Below the pieces are notes generated by a model. That model was given only the letters and a program-made list of their open reading frames with translations. It searched no databases and had not been told where the DNA came from. From NCBI RefSeq assembly GCF_006345805.1, contig NC_043000.1:41664001-41728000 (forward strand): a stretch of 64,000 bases of DNA, written 5' to 3'. The translations under genes were made by a program, and so were the position numbers. Source of the stretch: Octopus sinensis. Lineage: Eukaryota. This document shows, piece after piece, positions 1-13,771 of the stretch (positions within the stretch are counted from its first letter, which is position 1; each line of letters starts with the position of its first letter).

Positions 1-114
1 CTTATTTCCCTCTGTATTCCCCATCTCCTCCTTTTCGACAATAATTCGCAGGTGCACACACATTTACAGTGACACGCATGCTCCCATACAGGTACTTATG
101 TATTTTCTCACACC

Positions 115-160
115 GTTTCTGATGAAGATGTCCGTAATATCCCAGAAACAGCTGTAAGAC
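115..160 (+). ncRNA. Minimal type I hammerhead ribozyme motif (Penelope-like pLTR type)
   Basis: GTTT-CTGATGA-(a GATGT ccgta ATATC cca)-GAAA-C-AGCT-GTA-AGAC: stem I GTTT/AGAC, core, stem II, short stem III with palindromic loop, GUA triplet. Confidence 0.6.
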
Positions 161-237
161 TATTTCATTATAAATGTCCTGAAAACTCCTCACAGCCTTG
201 GATTGTTATCTCAATCTGTCTAAGATATAAATATAAG

Positions 238-308
<71 letters not shown>

Positions 309-309
309 T

Positions 310-1288
310 ATAATATAGGGAGTAAATCCAAACTTACAGGGAAAAAATTAGATTTAGGATTAATCTAATTTTATAGTATAAATATATATATTATATTAAA
401 TAGAAATAAAAAACCACTATTAGGCAAATCAAACAGTGAAAATCATAAGCCAATACATAGAAATAAAATTAATTAATAAAATATATAAAAAATATAAAAT
501 ATAAAATTCCAAATTAATATTATTAATAAGTTTCAAAATATATTCTTTTCTAGAAGGTATTGGAATATCCTTCAAAGATGAATTCCAAAATAGCGGTTCT
601 ATCTTACCTGTAAATTTCATAATTTACGAAATTGAGATATTACACTCAATATACGTAATTTATCAATATATTAATTAATAATAATAATATTAGGGAGTAA
701 ATCCAAACTTACAGGGGAAAATTAGATTTAGGATTAAATCTAATTTTATAGTATAAATATATATATTATATTAAACTAGCAGTATCGCCCGGCGTTGCTC
801 GGGTTTGTAAGGGAAATAACTATATAAGCATTTTTAGAGAGTTATAGCCAAAACATAGCAAAAAAATGCATTAAAAATGGGAAAAAAATGATGGTAGATT
901 TTTTTAAAATCGTTGACTCATCGTAGACATTTTTAGAGTGTTACTTCCCTTATATAATAGCGACAAAATGCATTAAAATGGAAAAAAATGATGGTAATTT
1001 TTTTTTTAAATCGTAGACCCATCGTAGACACGCGCTAATACCCAGAAGGGCTCGATATGAATCACGACTATAAGATACCCGGTTTTTCTTAAACTGCACC
1101 GCAAAATGTGGGAGTAGTTAGGAATCTAAATCGTAGGAGACAGACACACAACTTCACTTTTACATATAAAGATTAGAGATAAAACCACTATTAGGCAAAT
1201 CAAACAGTGAAAATCATAAAATATTTTGAAACTTATTAATAATATTAATTTGGAATTTTATATTTTATATTTTTTATATATTTTATTA
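310..1288. repeat. AT-rich repeat with direct copies (310-450 vs 685-775+1173-1220) and inverted copies (~470-545 vs ~1220-1288); Penelope-like end relic
   Basis: Direct and inverted matches seen; the same family occurs reversed at 47795-47992. Penelope assignment inferred from architecture. Confidence 0.55.
776..1172 (-). mobile_element. Non-autonomous Helitron
   Basis: Minus strand begins TC (1172-1171) and ends with a CCCGAGCAACGCCGGG hairpin then CTAG (779-776). Inserted between A and T with no TSD; the paralogous repeat at ~395-420 shows the empty site. Confidence 0.85.
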
Positions 1289-1289
1289 A

Positions 1290-1550
1290 AGTGTATATTT
1301 AAACACATAAGGAATCCACTTATGGGGAATTCAACACGCTAGAAAGAACAGCTAGGTTCTGTAAACCACAAAAATAACGGATAAAATTCGACAGGAATAA
1401 ATTTGGAAATGAAATGGTAAATGTTTTTCATTTCCAAATTTATTCCTGTCGAATTTTATCCGTTATTTTTGTGGTTTACAGAACCTAGGTGTTTTTTCTA
1501 GCGTGTTGAATTCCCTATAAATGGATTCCTTATGTGTTTAAATATACACT
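1290..1550. repeat. Long palindrome, ~125-bp arms, 11-nt spacer
   Basis: AGTGTATATTT...GGAAATGAAA | TGGTAAATGTT | TTTCATTTCC...AAATATACACT, with few mismatches. Confidence 0.95.
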
Positions 1551-1699
1551 ATATCGTATGACTAATATATAGTCTTCTTGACTAATTTTTTTTTGCACGT
1601 TAGACCACTGGAAATGTAAATTTTGATTGAATGTTTTAATTTTCATTAAATTTCATTTCCCTTTGACATGATTGAATACTATATATATATATATATATA

Positions 1700-1755
<56 letters not shown>

Positions 1756-2411
1756 ATACATACACACAGAATTTTTCTACTTTTATTCTTTTTACAAAGA
1801 ACCTTATCTGTTCGCTATCTCAAGAGCAATCGCCATGTCGTTTTAAATATGTCCTATTCCTCTAGATAAACTGATTGAATCCATTTAGTTCAGGGCTTTT
1901 CCTGTATAAGCTAGTCCTTCGTGTTCTAATTTTGACAGCAGTTTTCAATTACAATAGATATTTTATTTTGTGTCAGGACGCAAATTTATTTTTAATTTTG
2001 TTCATCGAGCAATACAACAAGCATTCCATTCGAACTTTTCTTGGCTTATCCCAGGTCAAACCCAATCGAGCAGATGTGTAATTAGAGAGGTGTTCAATCC
2101 CTGACCATTCCACTTATTTGAAAGATGTGACTATCTTCTTTTATCTAAAGTGTCAAGGTCTACATTATGTAATGTAACCAATCCTCGAGAGAAAGATTTG
2201 TTACTATTTCTACCAGATATTGTAACCACTAAGCGTCATTGAGGTGAATGTTTATATGTTTTTGAACTCAAATATGTTTCGATGTTTATATATTATTGTA
2301 AGGTTTTTCTGTTTACAATTCACTTTTAATTTGCCGTACTTCCTTCAACAATTAAACATTTGTCGTGTTTAGAATAATGTCTTGAATCACGTTCCAATAA
2401 TATTTGTCTGA

Positions 2412-2460
<49 letters not shown>

Positions 2461-3354
2461 GTCATTGTTGGTGTTAATGCCATTTTTGTGTACATTTGTA
2501 AGCATTTCCTTTCTTTCTCTAAGTATTTAATTATATATACCTTCATACATGAATAGGTGTATGTATATATGCATTTGAAAATATGTGGGCGTGTTTGTGT
2601 GTGTGTGTGTATGTGTGTACCTCTGCTTTATCGTACTAAATGTTGGCAGTTTCTTACAGTCATTTGGCTTACTTGTGCGTAAACTTTACAGTTGTGTGCT
2701 GCGCACGTTTTCTGTCAATCTAAAACTTTCTGCTATGTCGTTCAGGAATTACAACTGTCGGACAGTTTCCGGTGTGATGCTTGTTTAAAACATTAATGTC
2801 ACTTTGTATTTAAAAGCTTATCCTTGTTATTTCTCTGCAAATTTTAATTGTTGCAATTGTTCTTCAACTCATTTCTACGTGTCAGGGAAGCAACCAACCA
2901 CAGTCAACATGCGATGTTTCAAACTGCATGAAACAACAGCCAAATCTACCTTGAATTCTATCCTGTTATCTTAAGAAAACAATGGAAAGATTTATTGGGC
3001 AAAGTCGTAGATACACGCAAAATAAGAGATAGTCATGTATGGAAGATATTTGATTATACGTCAACTGAGTTGAGCCAGACGTGGGAGTAAACAGCTTTAA
3101 TTGTTTCCTCTCCTATGTCAACAAGGCGACAAATGAGTCCTGGTAATTTCCACGATTGTATACTCGCCATGGAAATTTTGTAGGAGATTACATAGGCGAT
3201 TTCCTGTTGCCACCCATTGGATGTTCTTTTTACAAAAGATCTAGTCATTCAGGCTATAACCAATTCCAGGAGAGTATGAGATAAATAGAAAAAAGAGAAA
3301 GAAAAAGAGAGAGTTTTTGCGTGAAGAAAAAATAATCGATTCCGATTATATATA

Positions 3355-3520
3355 GGCGTAGGAGGTGCTGTGTGGTAAGTAGCTTGCTTACCGACCACAT
3401 GGTTCCGGGTTCAGTCCCACTGCGTGGCAACTTAGGCAAGTGTCTTCTACTATAGCCTCGGACCGACCAAATCCTTGTGAGTGGATTTGGTAGATGGAAA
3501 CTGAAAGAAACCGGTCGTAT
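3355..3520 (+). mobile_element. SINE family A, 5' half
   Basis: tRNA-like A box (GCTGTGTGGTAAG) and B box (GGGTTCAGTCCC); matches the full copies at 45260-45671 and 49620-50072. Confidence 0.85.
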
Positions 3521-3526
3521 ATATGT

Positions 3527-3595
<69 letters not shown>

Positions 3596-3596
3596 T

Positions 3597-4650
3597 GCTC
3601 TGTTTCACTTCATATTTTTCCGAACTTAATTCCTTCAGCCATTTTGCATATTTGTTATGCTTTTTTCCATTATCCCAGATGTTACTCTAAAACCTTTTAC
3701 TCTCTCGCTGGTGTTAACCTTTTCATTCAACTGTTAATAAACTTTTTTCTGGTCTTGGAACAATCTGTTGATTTTACATTGTTCGATTCTTTGGTCATTG
3801 ATCTTTGTCGCTTTAACCTGCAATCTGTATGTCACTTCTTCAAGAACTACATTTAGCCTCTTTTTTTTTTATTCTGTATCTACATTCTAGTTCCTAATAT
3901 TTCTCTTCCCTATTGATTGCACTTTTCTTTCTTTCCAAGATGTTGATATGTTTTCGTACTTCATTCATTGATTGTTTTACTATTTTTCTTCATTTCCATA
4001 GTTACGGTTTGGTTCGAGGCCTACTTTATTTCCTGTGTAGATGATGCCTATTCGTTGTGGTAACATTATTTGTCTTGATTTCTTTCAGTATTTTATTCAC
4101 CTTAAGGGTCCACACACTGAGCAAATTTCTATCTACTTCCTTGAATCCATTTATTTCCAAATCCAGGTTTTCCTCAATGATACTAGTAATGTCTTCGATC
4201 ATTCCTTTGTCTTCATTATTTAGTCCTGCTCTACACTCAGGACTTGAGACAATATACTTCTCCCGGTTACTCTCATTAAGTGCAGCACCATGAACAATCT
4301 CTGTATCTACTTCTGCATTGCTTCCGTGTTTTCGGTCATCCTCCTCCTAATCTCATCGCGCTCTAATACTGTTAGCCATCATTTCTTCCTTATTGCTCTT
4401 AACTTGTCACAGACTCTCTGTTCCGTAATATCTAAGCCCTGCTTCTCCATTCATATGTCATGCATCCTCTTTCTATATCCTCTTATAGGTGTCCCTTCGT
4501 TATCAGTGTGTCTGCTCAAAAAATAATAATCCATGACAGCTATATACATCATCTTAGTCCATTTAGTTCTAGTAGCCGTATAACGACGACCGGGCCTGTG
4601 TTGCTCATCCAAAGGGCACCTGCCGAGTGAAGTCCATCGTCTGTAATTCC
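3597..4650 (-). mobile_element. R4/Dong-type non-LTR retrotransposon, decayed N-terminal part
   Basis: Minus-strand translation gives TRTKWTKMMYIAVMDYYFLS, GYRKRMHDI*MEKQGLDITEQRVCDKLRAIRKK*WL and ESKRF*SNIWDNGKKHNKYAKWLKEL, which I recognise as pre-RT motifs of R4-clade ORFs; multiple stops. Confidence 0.75.
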
Positions 4651-4884
4651 GTCCTCATTTACGCCGTTGTTTGTGTTAATTCTATTATTCATTACTCTCA
4701 TGCAGAAAAAAATGTTGATAAGGTGTCACAACCACCAGTATATTTATCGAGACACCATCTCTGAAGGGGTTTGTTTAAAAAGCCTCAAAGAGGCCCTTCT
4801 TCCCTTGGAAGTTTAAGTAAGCTATCCTGCGCAGCTGGATGAAAGAGTTTTTATTTGGACTGCCGTTGACTCTTCAGAGTTCAT

Positions 4885-5070
4885 TACCGGGCAAGATGTT
4901 CAGCGGCATTTCGTCCGTCCTTATGTTCTGAGCTCAAATTCTGCACAGGGCAAGTTTGCTTTTCATCTTATCTGGGTCGATGAAAAATGCTCCCGTTTAG
5001 CACTGGGGTCGATGTAACCGACAATAGCCCTCTCCTAAAATTGCTAGCTCAGTGCCAGAATTTTGAACCA
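4885..5070 (+). mobile_element. SINE family C, decayed
   Basis: GAGCTCAAATTC B-box-like motif, TTTGCTTTTCATC, and the GGGGTCGATGTAACCGAC hairpin. Confidence 0.7.
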
Positions 5071-5206
5071 TTATTCTTATTATTTCTTCTACTACTTTCC
5101 TTTCTTCTTCTTCTTCTTCTTCTTCTTCTCTTCTTTCTTCTTCTTCTTCTTCTTCTTCTTCTTCTCTTCCTATTCTTCTTCTTCTTTTCTTCTATCTCTT
5201 CTCTTC

Positions 5207-5306
5207 NNNNNNNNNNNNNNNNNNNNNNNNNNNNNNNNNNNNNNNNNNNNNNNNNNNNNNNNNNNNNNNNNNNNNNNNNNNNNNNNNNNNNNNNNNNNNN
5301 NNNNNN
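5207..5306. other. Assembly gap (100 N)
   Basis: Run of N after (CTT)n; a SINE A tail follows at 5307-5380. Confidence 1.
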
Positions 5307-5819
5307 TATTTGCTCGACTAAATGCGGTGCTCCAGCTTGGCCGCAGTCAAATGACTGAAATAAGTAAGAGTAAACGAGTAAATGAGAATACTCGGATTTT
5401 CAGAAAGAGAAATCGACAGGCTAAATCGTACTTTACAAATGCAATCTGTGAATGGAACAGTATAAATATGCAAGACTTTTCTCAAGTTCCAAATGTGAAT
5501 TTGTCTGTTTTAACTATATCCCAAAGATGGAGCCTTGTATCTTTATTGGAAACACGCTCCCTTCTCAGTAGATGAGACATACATACATGCATACATTTTG
5601 ATATATTAAATTTCTTTACTATCACTCTCGACTTCTTTCTGTGCAACAATATCGCGTGTTTATAACCTTAACCATGAACAACTTACTCGACTTTGAAAAG
5701 AAGTAGGTTGAAGCTGGGGAGTTTGATCCCAGAGCACAGAGTCGAAGCAAATATATATGCGAATTAGAACGCGGGGACAAGGGCAACTGTAGAAAGTAAA
5801 AATTATTTGCTCGAACACT

Positions 5820-6260
5820 TTTAAAGCGTTTAAAAATATGGGAGAAATGTTATTAGAGGAAAGTTACTTGATCGGGTTAGTCTTACGGATACCTTTAAAA
5901 TGCCTCTTGGAATTTCCTCTTCGCACGTCTCTAAACAATTCCTGGAACAGCAAATATTTTGGAATCATCTTGTCTTCCATAAGTTTAACATGTCCTAGGC
6001 ACTGAACTCATGGTCTGCAAGAAAAATTACATCAATCTGGCGGCTGCGATAGCTGTAATACTTCTATGTAGGTGATTTAATCTTCCTATGAAATGCTTAG
6101 AATCTTATAGAAGCCTTTAAGTGGAAAGAATCCCACTTCTTCGTGAGTCTGGAGTGAATATTCTATGATTTTGAATGTGTTAAGGACGTCAGTCTCATAG
6201 ATTTTGATTTTAGTCTTTGTATTGGGAATTGCTTCCATTTCGTTTTGAAAGTTCCCAAAA
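5820..6260 (-). mobile_element. RTE-clade LINE C-terminal fragment
   Basis: KILSIS*ED*ITYIEVL...CLGHVKLMEDKMIPKYLLFQELFRDVRRGNSKRHFK matches the RTE post-RT motif (WLGHVxRMxDxRxPKxLL). Confidence 0.75.
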
Positions 6261-6458
6261 TGTTGCGACTGCTTATCCCAATATTTATTTCCTTATGTGG
6301 GAGTCAGATACATATATATATACATATACATATATATTAATACTTTGCATGTACTACGTCCTCGCGTTGTTTTCTCTTGTCTTTTTCTCCGTTCTTTTAT
6401 TGACATACACACACACACATATATATTTACATGTGTGTGTATATATATATATATATAT

Positions 6459-6503
<45 letters not shown>

Positions 6504-7304
6504 TATATATATACATATAAAATACATATATATTATATATATGTATATATGGTTGATTTTATTTGTTCATGTGTAAAGGAAGATAAAGATAGAGAAATAA
6601 ATTGAGAGAGAGAGAGTGAGAATACAGTTTGATTCCGACATTTTTCATCAAAGGTTTATTATTATTTTTCTGAATCAAAAGAAAGTTTTCGGTGAACGCC
6701 TAGATTGGGTTATCAATTTTAAGCCTCTGACCTCATTCATCACTACTACTGCCAAATTCTTTTGAAGTTCGATGCGTACAAAAGACAGCAAACAATCCGG
6801 GAAATATATAATTAGTGAAGTGAAAGTATTCTTTTTATCATATTTTTTCTTGTTTTTTACTTCTATTCGTAAATTTTACAGTTATTGTTTTTAGTGTTAT
6901 TTTTGTTTTATACCTTGTATATTTTAAATTACTTTTTTGGAATGTCTATTTACATTTTATTACATGTGTATGAAAAGGTGCGAGCTACCAGAACCGTTGG
7001 CGCGCTGGGCAAAACGGTTAGCGGCGTTTCGTGTGTCTTTTCATTCCGAGTTCAAATCGGAAACGTCTGTTTTTGGCACTCTGCAGGTTAGAATTGCCAC
7101 GTTCACTTCCGACCCCATTTTTTTCTTGTTTGCTTTTCGAAATATGTTTCTCTTGCAGCTAAGATTTTTCTCTTTTTTAATTATTTTGTGAGAAATTACA
7201 CAACTATTTTGAAGATGGAAAATATTTAATGAAATTAAACGAAACAAAACAACAAATGAATTTATGAAAACTGTCAATCATAAAATGTTGTCTAACATAG
7301 CGCC

Positions 7305-7609
7305 ATGGAGGCACAATGGCCCAGTGGTTAGGGCAGTGGACTCGCGGTCGGAAGTTTGCGGTTTCGATTCCCAGACCGGGCGTTGTGGGTATTTATTGAG
7401 CGAAAACACCTAAAAGCTCCGCGAGGCTCCGGAAGCAGGTGGTGGCGACCCCTGTTGTACTCTTTTGCCCCAACTTTCTCTCACTCTCTCTTCCTGTTTC
7501 TTGAGTAATGCTGCGATGGACTGGCGTCCCGTCCAGCTGGGGGAATACATACGCAACTGAAACCGGGAAACCGGGCACATGAGCCTGGCTAGGCATGAAA
7601 AGGCGACGT
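7305..7609 (+). mobile_element. SINE family B, full length with TSD
   Basis: TGGCCCAGTGGTTAGG A box, GGTTTCGATTCC B box, GCGATGGACTGGCGTCCCGTCCAG domain; TSD TAACATAGC(G/A)CC at 7293-7304 and 7610-7621. Confidence 0.9.
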
Positions 7610-7699
7610 TAACATAGCACCGCATAGTTAATAATTTTAGGTAGTTCCATGTATTTTCAAATTCTATGTAGATTTCATAACTGAGTTGACAAATTTGAC

Positions 7700-7985
7700 A
7701 CTGTGGCTCACCTTTGTATGCCGAAATTCGTAGAGAAACATGTATTCTGGGTCATGGGAATAGGCTTGCCGTAAGCCGGTGTATATATAGATCCTAGAAC
7801 CGATTCCTTTATATATTCTGTAAGCGTGTTGTTGTCACGACATAGTTCTACATGTAGTAACACCTGCTGAGTTTCTTGGTACATACCACAGAAAACCCAC
7901 AGATCCGGTAGCATTATTCCCCGATTGTATTTCCGTTCTCGTTAACCTGTCTTAGCAAATACTCTGCGCACGCTCAGTTACTTGT
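7700..7985 (-). mobile_element. Merlin (ISXO2-like DDE) transposase fragment
   Basis: RERKYNRGIMLPDLWVFCGMYQETQQ..RDNNTLTEYIKESVLGS matches the KRKYNRGR..WVFGG..R..TL...I..GS signature. Confidence 0.7.
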
Positions 7986-8649
7986 TATTTTATGTCATAA
8001 TTAACCATGGTACTGAGATTCCTTTGCACCCACAAAAATATACAGTCGTTCTTTCGCTCAGTAGTAAAATAATACAGCTATGGTTGTTAGTGGAAAAATA
8101 CTTCCTTTATTTTTTCGTTGCACAAATTCGTTGCAACATTTTCTCTGGCAGGGCCACCAACAACGGAAATCATCATTTAGCTTTTTCGCAAGAAAGTCAG
8201 ATCCTCGGTGTTATTATAATCTTTTTATGGAGGAATACTGGGAGAACCATACTTTGTGGCATTACTTCTGGTTCCTTACGTTCGAGGTTCAAATTCCGCC
8301 GAGATCAACTTTACCTTTCATTCTTTCATAAAATAAAAATCTGTAATCGCTTACCCCACCCCCCATCCCACCAAACTCACTTAAAATTGCTGACCTTGAG
8401 ATTTGAAACCATTATAATAATCTTTTTCTCAAATATTTCTCAAATTCTCTATTCGGCTGCTCATGGCGGTTTTCAATTTATTGCTGCTCTACGCTGCTTT
8501 AAATTTGTCTCGTTTCAATTCATCCAAAATTTTATTAACTATATATATGTATATTAACTTTATACATATATACAAATACACTTACACATACATATATATG
8601 TACTCTTATGTACGATGCATGATGTACCATATCAAAAAACAATCAGAAG

Positions 8650-8858
8650 TCATAAGCGCCCAGGGCCAGTTTCCTGTACTCCTTGGACGGGACACTAGTC
8701 CGTCGAAAGATTACTCATTTTTGTCAGCTGATTAAACTACAGTAACGTGAAATTAAGTATTTTACAAAGAACACAATGCTTCGCCAGGTCCAGGAAAGGA
8801 AACCACAATCTTACAATCGTGAGCCCACTGTTGTAGCCCTTAAGCCACGCGCCTCCAC
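8650..8858 (-). mobile_element. SINE family B (CORE-like variant), decayed
   Basis: Aligns along its length with the 46460-46719 copy. Confidence 0.7.
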
Positions 8859-8924
8859 TAAAAGGATCAAAGGTCCTTCCCGAGCCATAGGCTCATATGT
8901 CCGATTTCTCGCATTCTGTGGAGG

Positions 8925-9512
8925 CGGTTGTAGTGGTCGTCGTCGCAGTAGTGGCGGCTGTAATGGTAGCAGTGGTGGTGGTGGTGGTGGTGGTGGTGGT
9001 GGTGGTGGTGGTGGTGGTGGTGGTGGCATTAGCTGTGATGATGATGATACTGGTTGAAATGATGCTAATGGTAGAAGCTCAGTGTGACGGAGAAGACAGG
9101 GAGAAAGGGTGGAGCTTGCCACTCATGTTTAATGATAACCTGCCATAAAGATCCTGCAGTTCTAGTTGGTTAGATACTTGACAGGTTTGTTGACTGGTTG
9201 TGGTGGTTGGTTGGTTGTTCGGTTGGTTGGTTGGTTGGTTGTACAATAAAATAACAACAAAATAAACATAAACACACACACACTATAAACACATTGTCTC
9301 CAATTACAAATTCTCATTTATCATCTATAATGTCTATAATGCGTGTCTGCGTGTGCGTGTCTGTATATATATATATATATATGTGTATGTATATATATAT
9401 ATACATATATAAATATATATTTTCTGCGATGATATATATACTCTTATGTAAGGCACATCCTATGTATGAGCCCTATTTTTCAATATATCGCCAATTGAAA
9501 TACATATACATC

Positions 9513-9560
<48 letters not shown>

Positions 9561-9791
9561 GGTGGTGGTGGTGGTGGTGGTGATTGTGATTGTTGTTGTG
9601 GTGAAAGATTGTTGTTGATGCTGATGAAAAGAAGGCTGGCATGCCAAGATAATATGGAGGAGGAGGAAGAGAAAGGGAAAGAGAAAGATGGGGAGGAAAA
9701 GAGGGAGGGTATGTTTAACAAAAAGATCGAGAACAATAATGGTAATAATCACAATGATGGAGATAAGGAGAGAAACGAGAAAATATAATGT

Positions 9792-9822
<31 letters not shown>

Positions 9823-10080
9823 GGGGAGGAGGAGGCGGGGGAAGAGGAGGATAATCCAAGGTGAGCTAAAAGAACAGAGAAAGAATGAAAGATTTAAAGA
9901 CTGTTGGAAAGGCAAAAAAAATATTAAAAACAAAAGGATTATAGACAAAAAATGTAGAATTAATGAGTGTGGCGATTTTTCTCTGTTGCTGTTGTAGGAG
10001 AGAGAGGAGAGAGATAGAGAGAGAGAGGAGAGAGAGTGGAGAAAGATAAAGAGAGAGGAGAGATATATATAGAGAGAAGA
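8925..10080. repeat. Trinucleotide/dinucleotide microsatellite cluster ((GGT)n, (AGT)n, (GAT)n, (GA)n)
   Basis: Directly visible. Confidence 0.95.
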
Positions 10081-11410
10081 CAGAGCTGTGTTAGGGCACA
10101 GCCTTTAAGAATGTAAATCGAACCAATGAACTCTATTCATGCAATCGTCTCTTTTGCCGATCAGCTAAGTCACGGGACGTACACAAGCCAATACCATCGT
10201 CAAGTAATCTGGGATTCGAACACAAACACAGACACAGACACATACACTATATGGAAGCCCGTTATATATATGTGTGTGTGTAACAAACTGCTTCAAATCG
10301 TTGTTAGTGTATTCGTATAGGTGGAGTCAATACGGCCATTTTGTATTGGCGTCGAGTCGTATTTGCTGTAAAGATGAACTCAAATCAAATAGTGATATTT
10401 TGAAACCATTTACTACTTACGTTTCAGATTTGCATAATTTTTAATAGGAAATACATCCATTACGTAGGGATATACATGTAATCACATTGCCTAATCAGAC
10501 ACTGTTGTTACAATTAGCCAATGGGCTTACTGAAAAATAATTATTAGCGACAGAAACAGTATTAATATCAAAGTTTAATAGTTATCCTCATTTAACAGTG
10601 AATGTTATAATAGATCACTAAATACTGCGATAGTTACTATGAGAGAACTGCTCATATAGGCCTTTGGTGCATATAAATACTCTTGTTTATATCGCTAGCG
10701 GGAGGTAAATCAACAGCCGTCGTCACTGCTGAGACTATCAGTCAATTGATTTCGGCCAATCCTGGCTTTGTCAATGGTAAAAACTCGACCGCTGGAAACA
10801 GCAGGGACACCCACACTAGTGATATACATAGAATCTCAGGGTCTAATCAGGCACTGGTGTCGCGCAGAGACAGGGTACTTATGAAAAGATTATTGGGGTT
10901 GGGATGAATGTGGAAATTCTAACGTACGGTGTGTCAAAAATAGATACATCTGATTGCCTGAAATTAAATAAAATAATTCAATATTTAAACATTTGTAATG
11001 TCTATATTTTTAAATTTCTCCTCAAATAATTACACCGCAGAACATTTTATCCGGCTCGATATCGCTTCCACCAGCACGCCGCCTTACATTATGTAGAAAT
11101 AATGATGATAGATAGCAGCAGTTTAACCACGTGCTTCTGTTCCAACCTGGTTGCCGATTTGTAAATCAAACAGTAACAGGAGAAAGAACTTTTAAATACA
11201 AAAGTGGTCAATACTTGCCAGTCAAGCAGAACCTAAAGAAGACATACCTACCCTGCAAGGCATGCAACTACCCTCTCCCCTCCAACTTTCCTAATCATCA
11301 ATCAACTATTATGTTGTTCGCAATATTCTTAACCATCACCATTTCGAGGTGTTCATACATTCGCTGTTACCGAGTGTTTGATCATATATGGTAATATTAG
11401 TTAGAAGTGA

Positions 11411-12035
11411 AGCGGAGAGCTGGCAGTAACGTTAGCATGCCGGGCGAAATGCTTAGCCGTATTTCGTCTGTCTTTACGTTCTGAATTCAAATTCCGCCGA
11501 GGTCGACTTTGCTTTTCATCCTTTTGGAGTCGATAAATTGAGACCATTTGCTTACAGGAGTCGATCTAATCGACTGGCTACCTTCTTCAAAATTTCGGGC
11601 ATTTTGCCTAGAGTAGAAAAGAATGTTAGTTAGAAATGAGGCGGCGAGCTGGCAGAAACGTTAGCACACCGGGCGAAGTGCATAGCGGTACGTCGTCTGT
11701 TTTTACGTTCGGAGTTCAAATTCCGCCGAGGTTGACTTTGCCTTTCATCCTTTCGGAGTCGATAAATTAAGTACCAGTTGCGTACTGAGGTTGATCTAAT
11801 CGACTGGCTACCTTCTTCAAAATTTCGGGCATTTTGCCTAGAGTAGAAAAGAATCATTAGCACGCCGGACAAAATGGTTAGCAGCACTTCGATAGTCTTT
11901 ACAATCTGAGTTCAAATTCTATCGAAGTCGACTTTGCCTTTCATCCTGTCGCAGTCGATAAAATAAGTACAACTTGATTACTGGGACTGGTGTAATCGAC
12001 TTTCTCAAAATTGCTGGTGTTGTGCCAAAATTTGA
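11411..12035 (+). mobile_element. Three head-to-tail SINE family C copies
   Basis: Units at ~11411-11625, 11640-11855 and 11856-12035, each with (G/A)AGTTCAAATTC, (C/T)TTTCATCC and a TAATCGAC hairpin arm. Confidence 0.9.
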
Positions 12036-12386
12036 GCTCGAAACCGTACCGTCTGGTGGTCCGGTCGCTGGAAGATGATAAGAGCTCACTCCTCTGCTTG
12101 CGATATATATCGGGTGCAGATTGCATCGAATAACCAGCTAAAGGAGGTGTCCTCCTGGGGTTAAAATAATAATAACGTCAGTTCCTACGGAACAGCCATG
12201 CTGATGTGGCGATAAACATTCATTATATATATGCCTCAAGCCATTTGCAATGAAACGGTGTCAGTGATCCGGTTACAGATGGTACAACGAAAATTTTGTA
12301 CTAAATATTAAATGTATAAGTGAAGCTAAAAGATTGTTTCTTGGAAGTCTATTAAGCGTCTTCTACACTGTAATAGTGACTATATA

Positions 12387-12709
12387 AGGGTAAGGGTAAA
12401 GACCCCCTTCGGTCATGACTGACCATGGGATTGCACCTAGAAAGTTACCCTCCTAGACACAAGTCCGGGCAAGGTTGTTTATGGAAGACCAGCAGTCGCC
12501 CATGCATACCAGCCTCCCCTCTCCACGCCACCAGTGTTATCCAAGGGAAAGACAAAGGTCGATACAGCTTGGCACCAGTGACGTCGCAACTCATTTCTAC
12601 AGCTGAGTGAACTGGAGCAACGTGAAATAAAGTGCTTTGCTCAAGAACACAACACGCAGCCCGGTCCGGGATTCGAGCTCACAACCTCACGATCGTAAGC
12701 TCGACGCTC
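12387..12709 (-). mobile_element. SINE family D (B-type head + CORE-like domain + distinct tail), 5' truncated, 13-bp TSD
   Basis: TSD TAGTGACTATATA at 12374-12386 and 12710-12722; the tail ends in (TTACCC)2. Confidence 0.85.
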
Positions 12710-12789
12710 TAGTGACTATATATATATATATATATGTATGTATATATCTATATCGATATCTATATCTTTCTATGTATCTACCTATCTCC

Positions 12790-12862
<73 letters not shown>

Positions 12863-12864
<2 letters not shown>

Positions 12865-13705
12865 CATGGGTGATGGTAAGAAGCTTTCTTCCCAACCACA
12901 TGGTTCCGAGTTCAGTCCCACTGCGTGGCACCTTCGGGAGAGTCTACTACTATAGCCTCGAGCTGACTAAAGCCCTGTGAGTGAATTTGGTAGACGGAAA
13001 CTGAAAGAAGCCCGTCGAGTATATTTATATATGTATATATATATACATTATATATGTGTGCTTTTGTATCCGTTTGTCCCCCCACCATCGCTTGACAACC
13101 GGTTCAGCAAAAGTGACCGATACAATAAGTACTAGGCCTACAAAGAATAAGTCCTGGAGTCGATTTCTTCGACTAAAGACGGTGCTCCATCATGGCTGCA
13201 GTCAAATGATTGTAACGTGTAAAGAGAGTAAAGAATATATATACGTTTTAATATGTATATATATCTGTGCGTATATGTATTTATGTATCTACTTATCTAT
13301 CAATATATATTGGTGTGGATGAATGGTAAAAAGCTTGCTTCCCAACCACATCGTTCTGCGTTCAGTTCTACCGCCTCGAGCTGACCAAAACCTTGTGAGT
13401 GGATTTGATAGACGGAGACTAAAAGAAGCCCGTCGTATACACACATACACACACACACACACACATATATATATGTGTGTGGGGGGTGTATGTTTGTATG
13501 TCTGTGTTTTCTCCGATCCCCATCATCGCTTGACAACTGATGTTGGTGTGTTTACGTCCCCGCAACTTAGTGGTTCAGCAAAAGTGTCCGATAGAATAAG
13601 TATTAGGCTTCCAAAGAATAAGTCCTGGGGTCGATTTTTTCGACTAAAGGCGGTGCTCCAGCATGGCCACAGTCAGATAACTGAAACATGTAAAAGAATA
13701 AAAGA

Positions 13706-13771
<66 letters not shown>

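Noticed and set aside
7982-8557. 191-aa ORF
   Set aside because: Non-ATG start, runs through a decayed SINE C, and has no recognisable domain.
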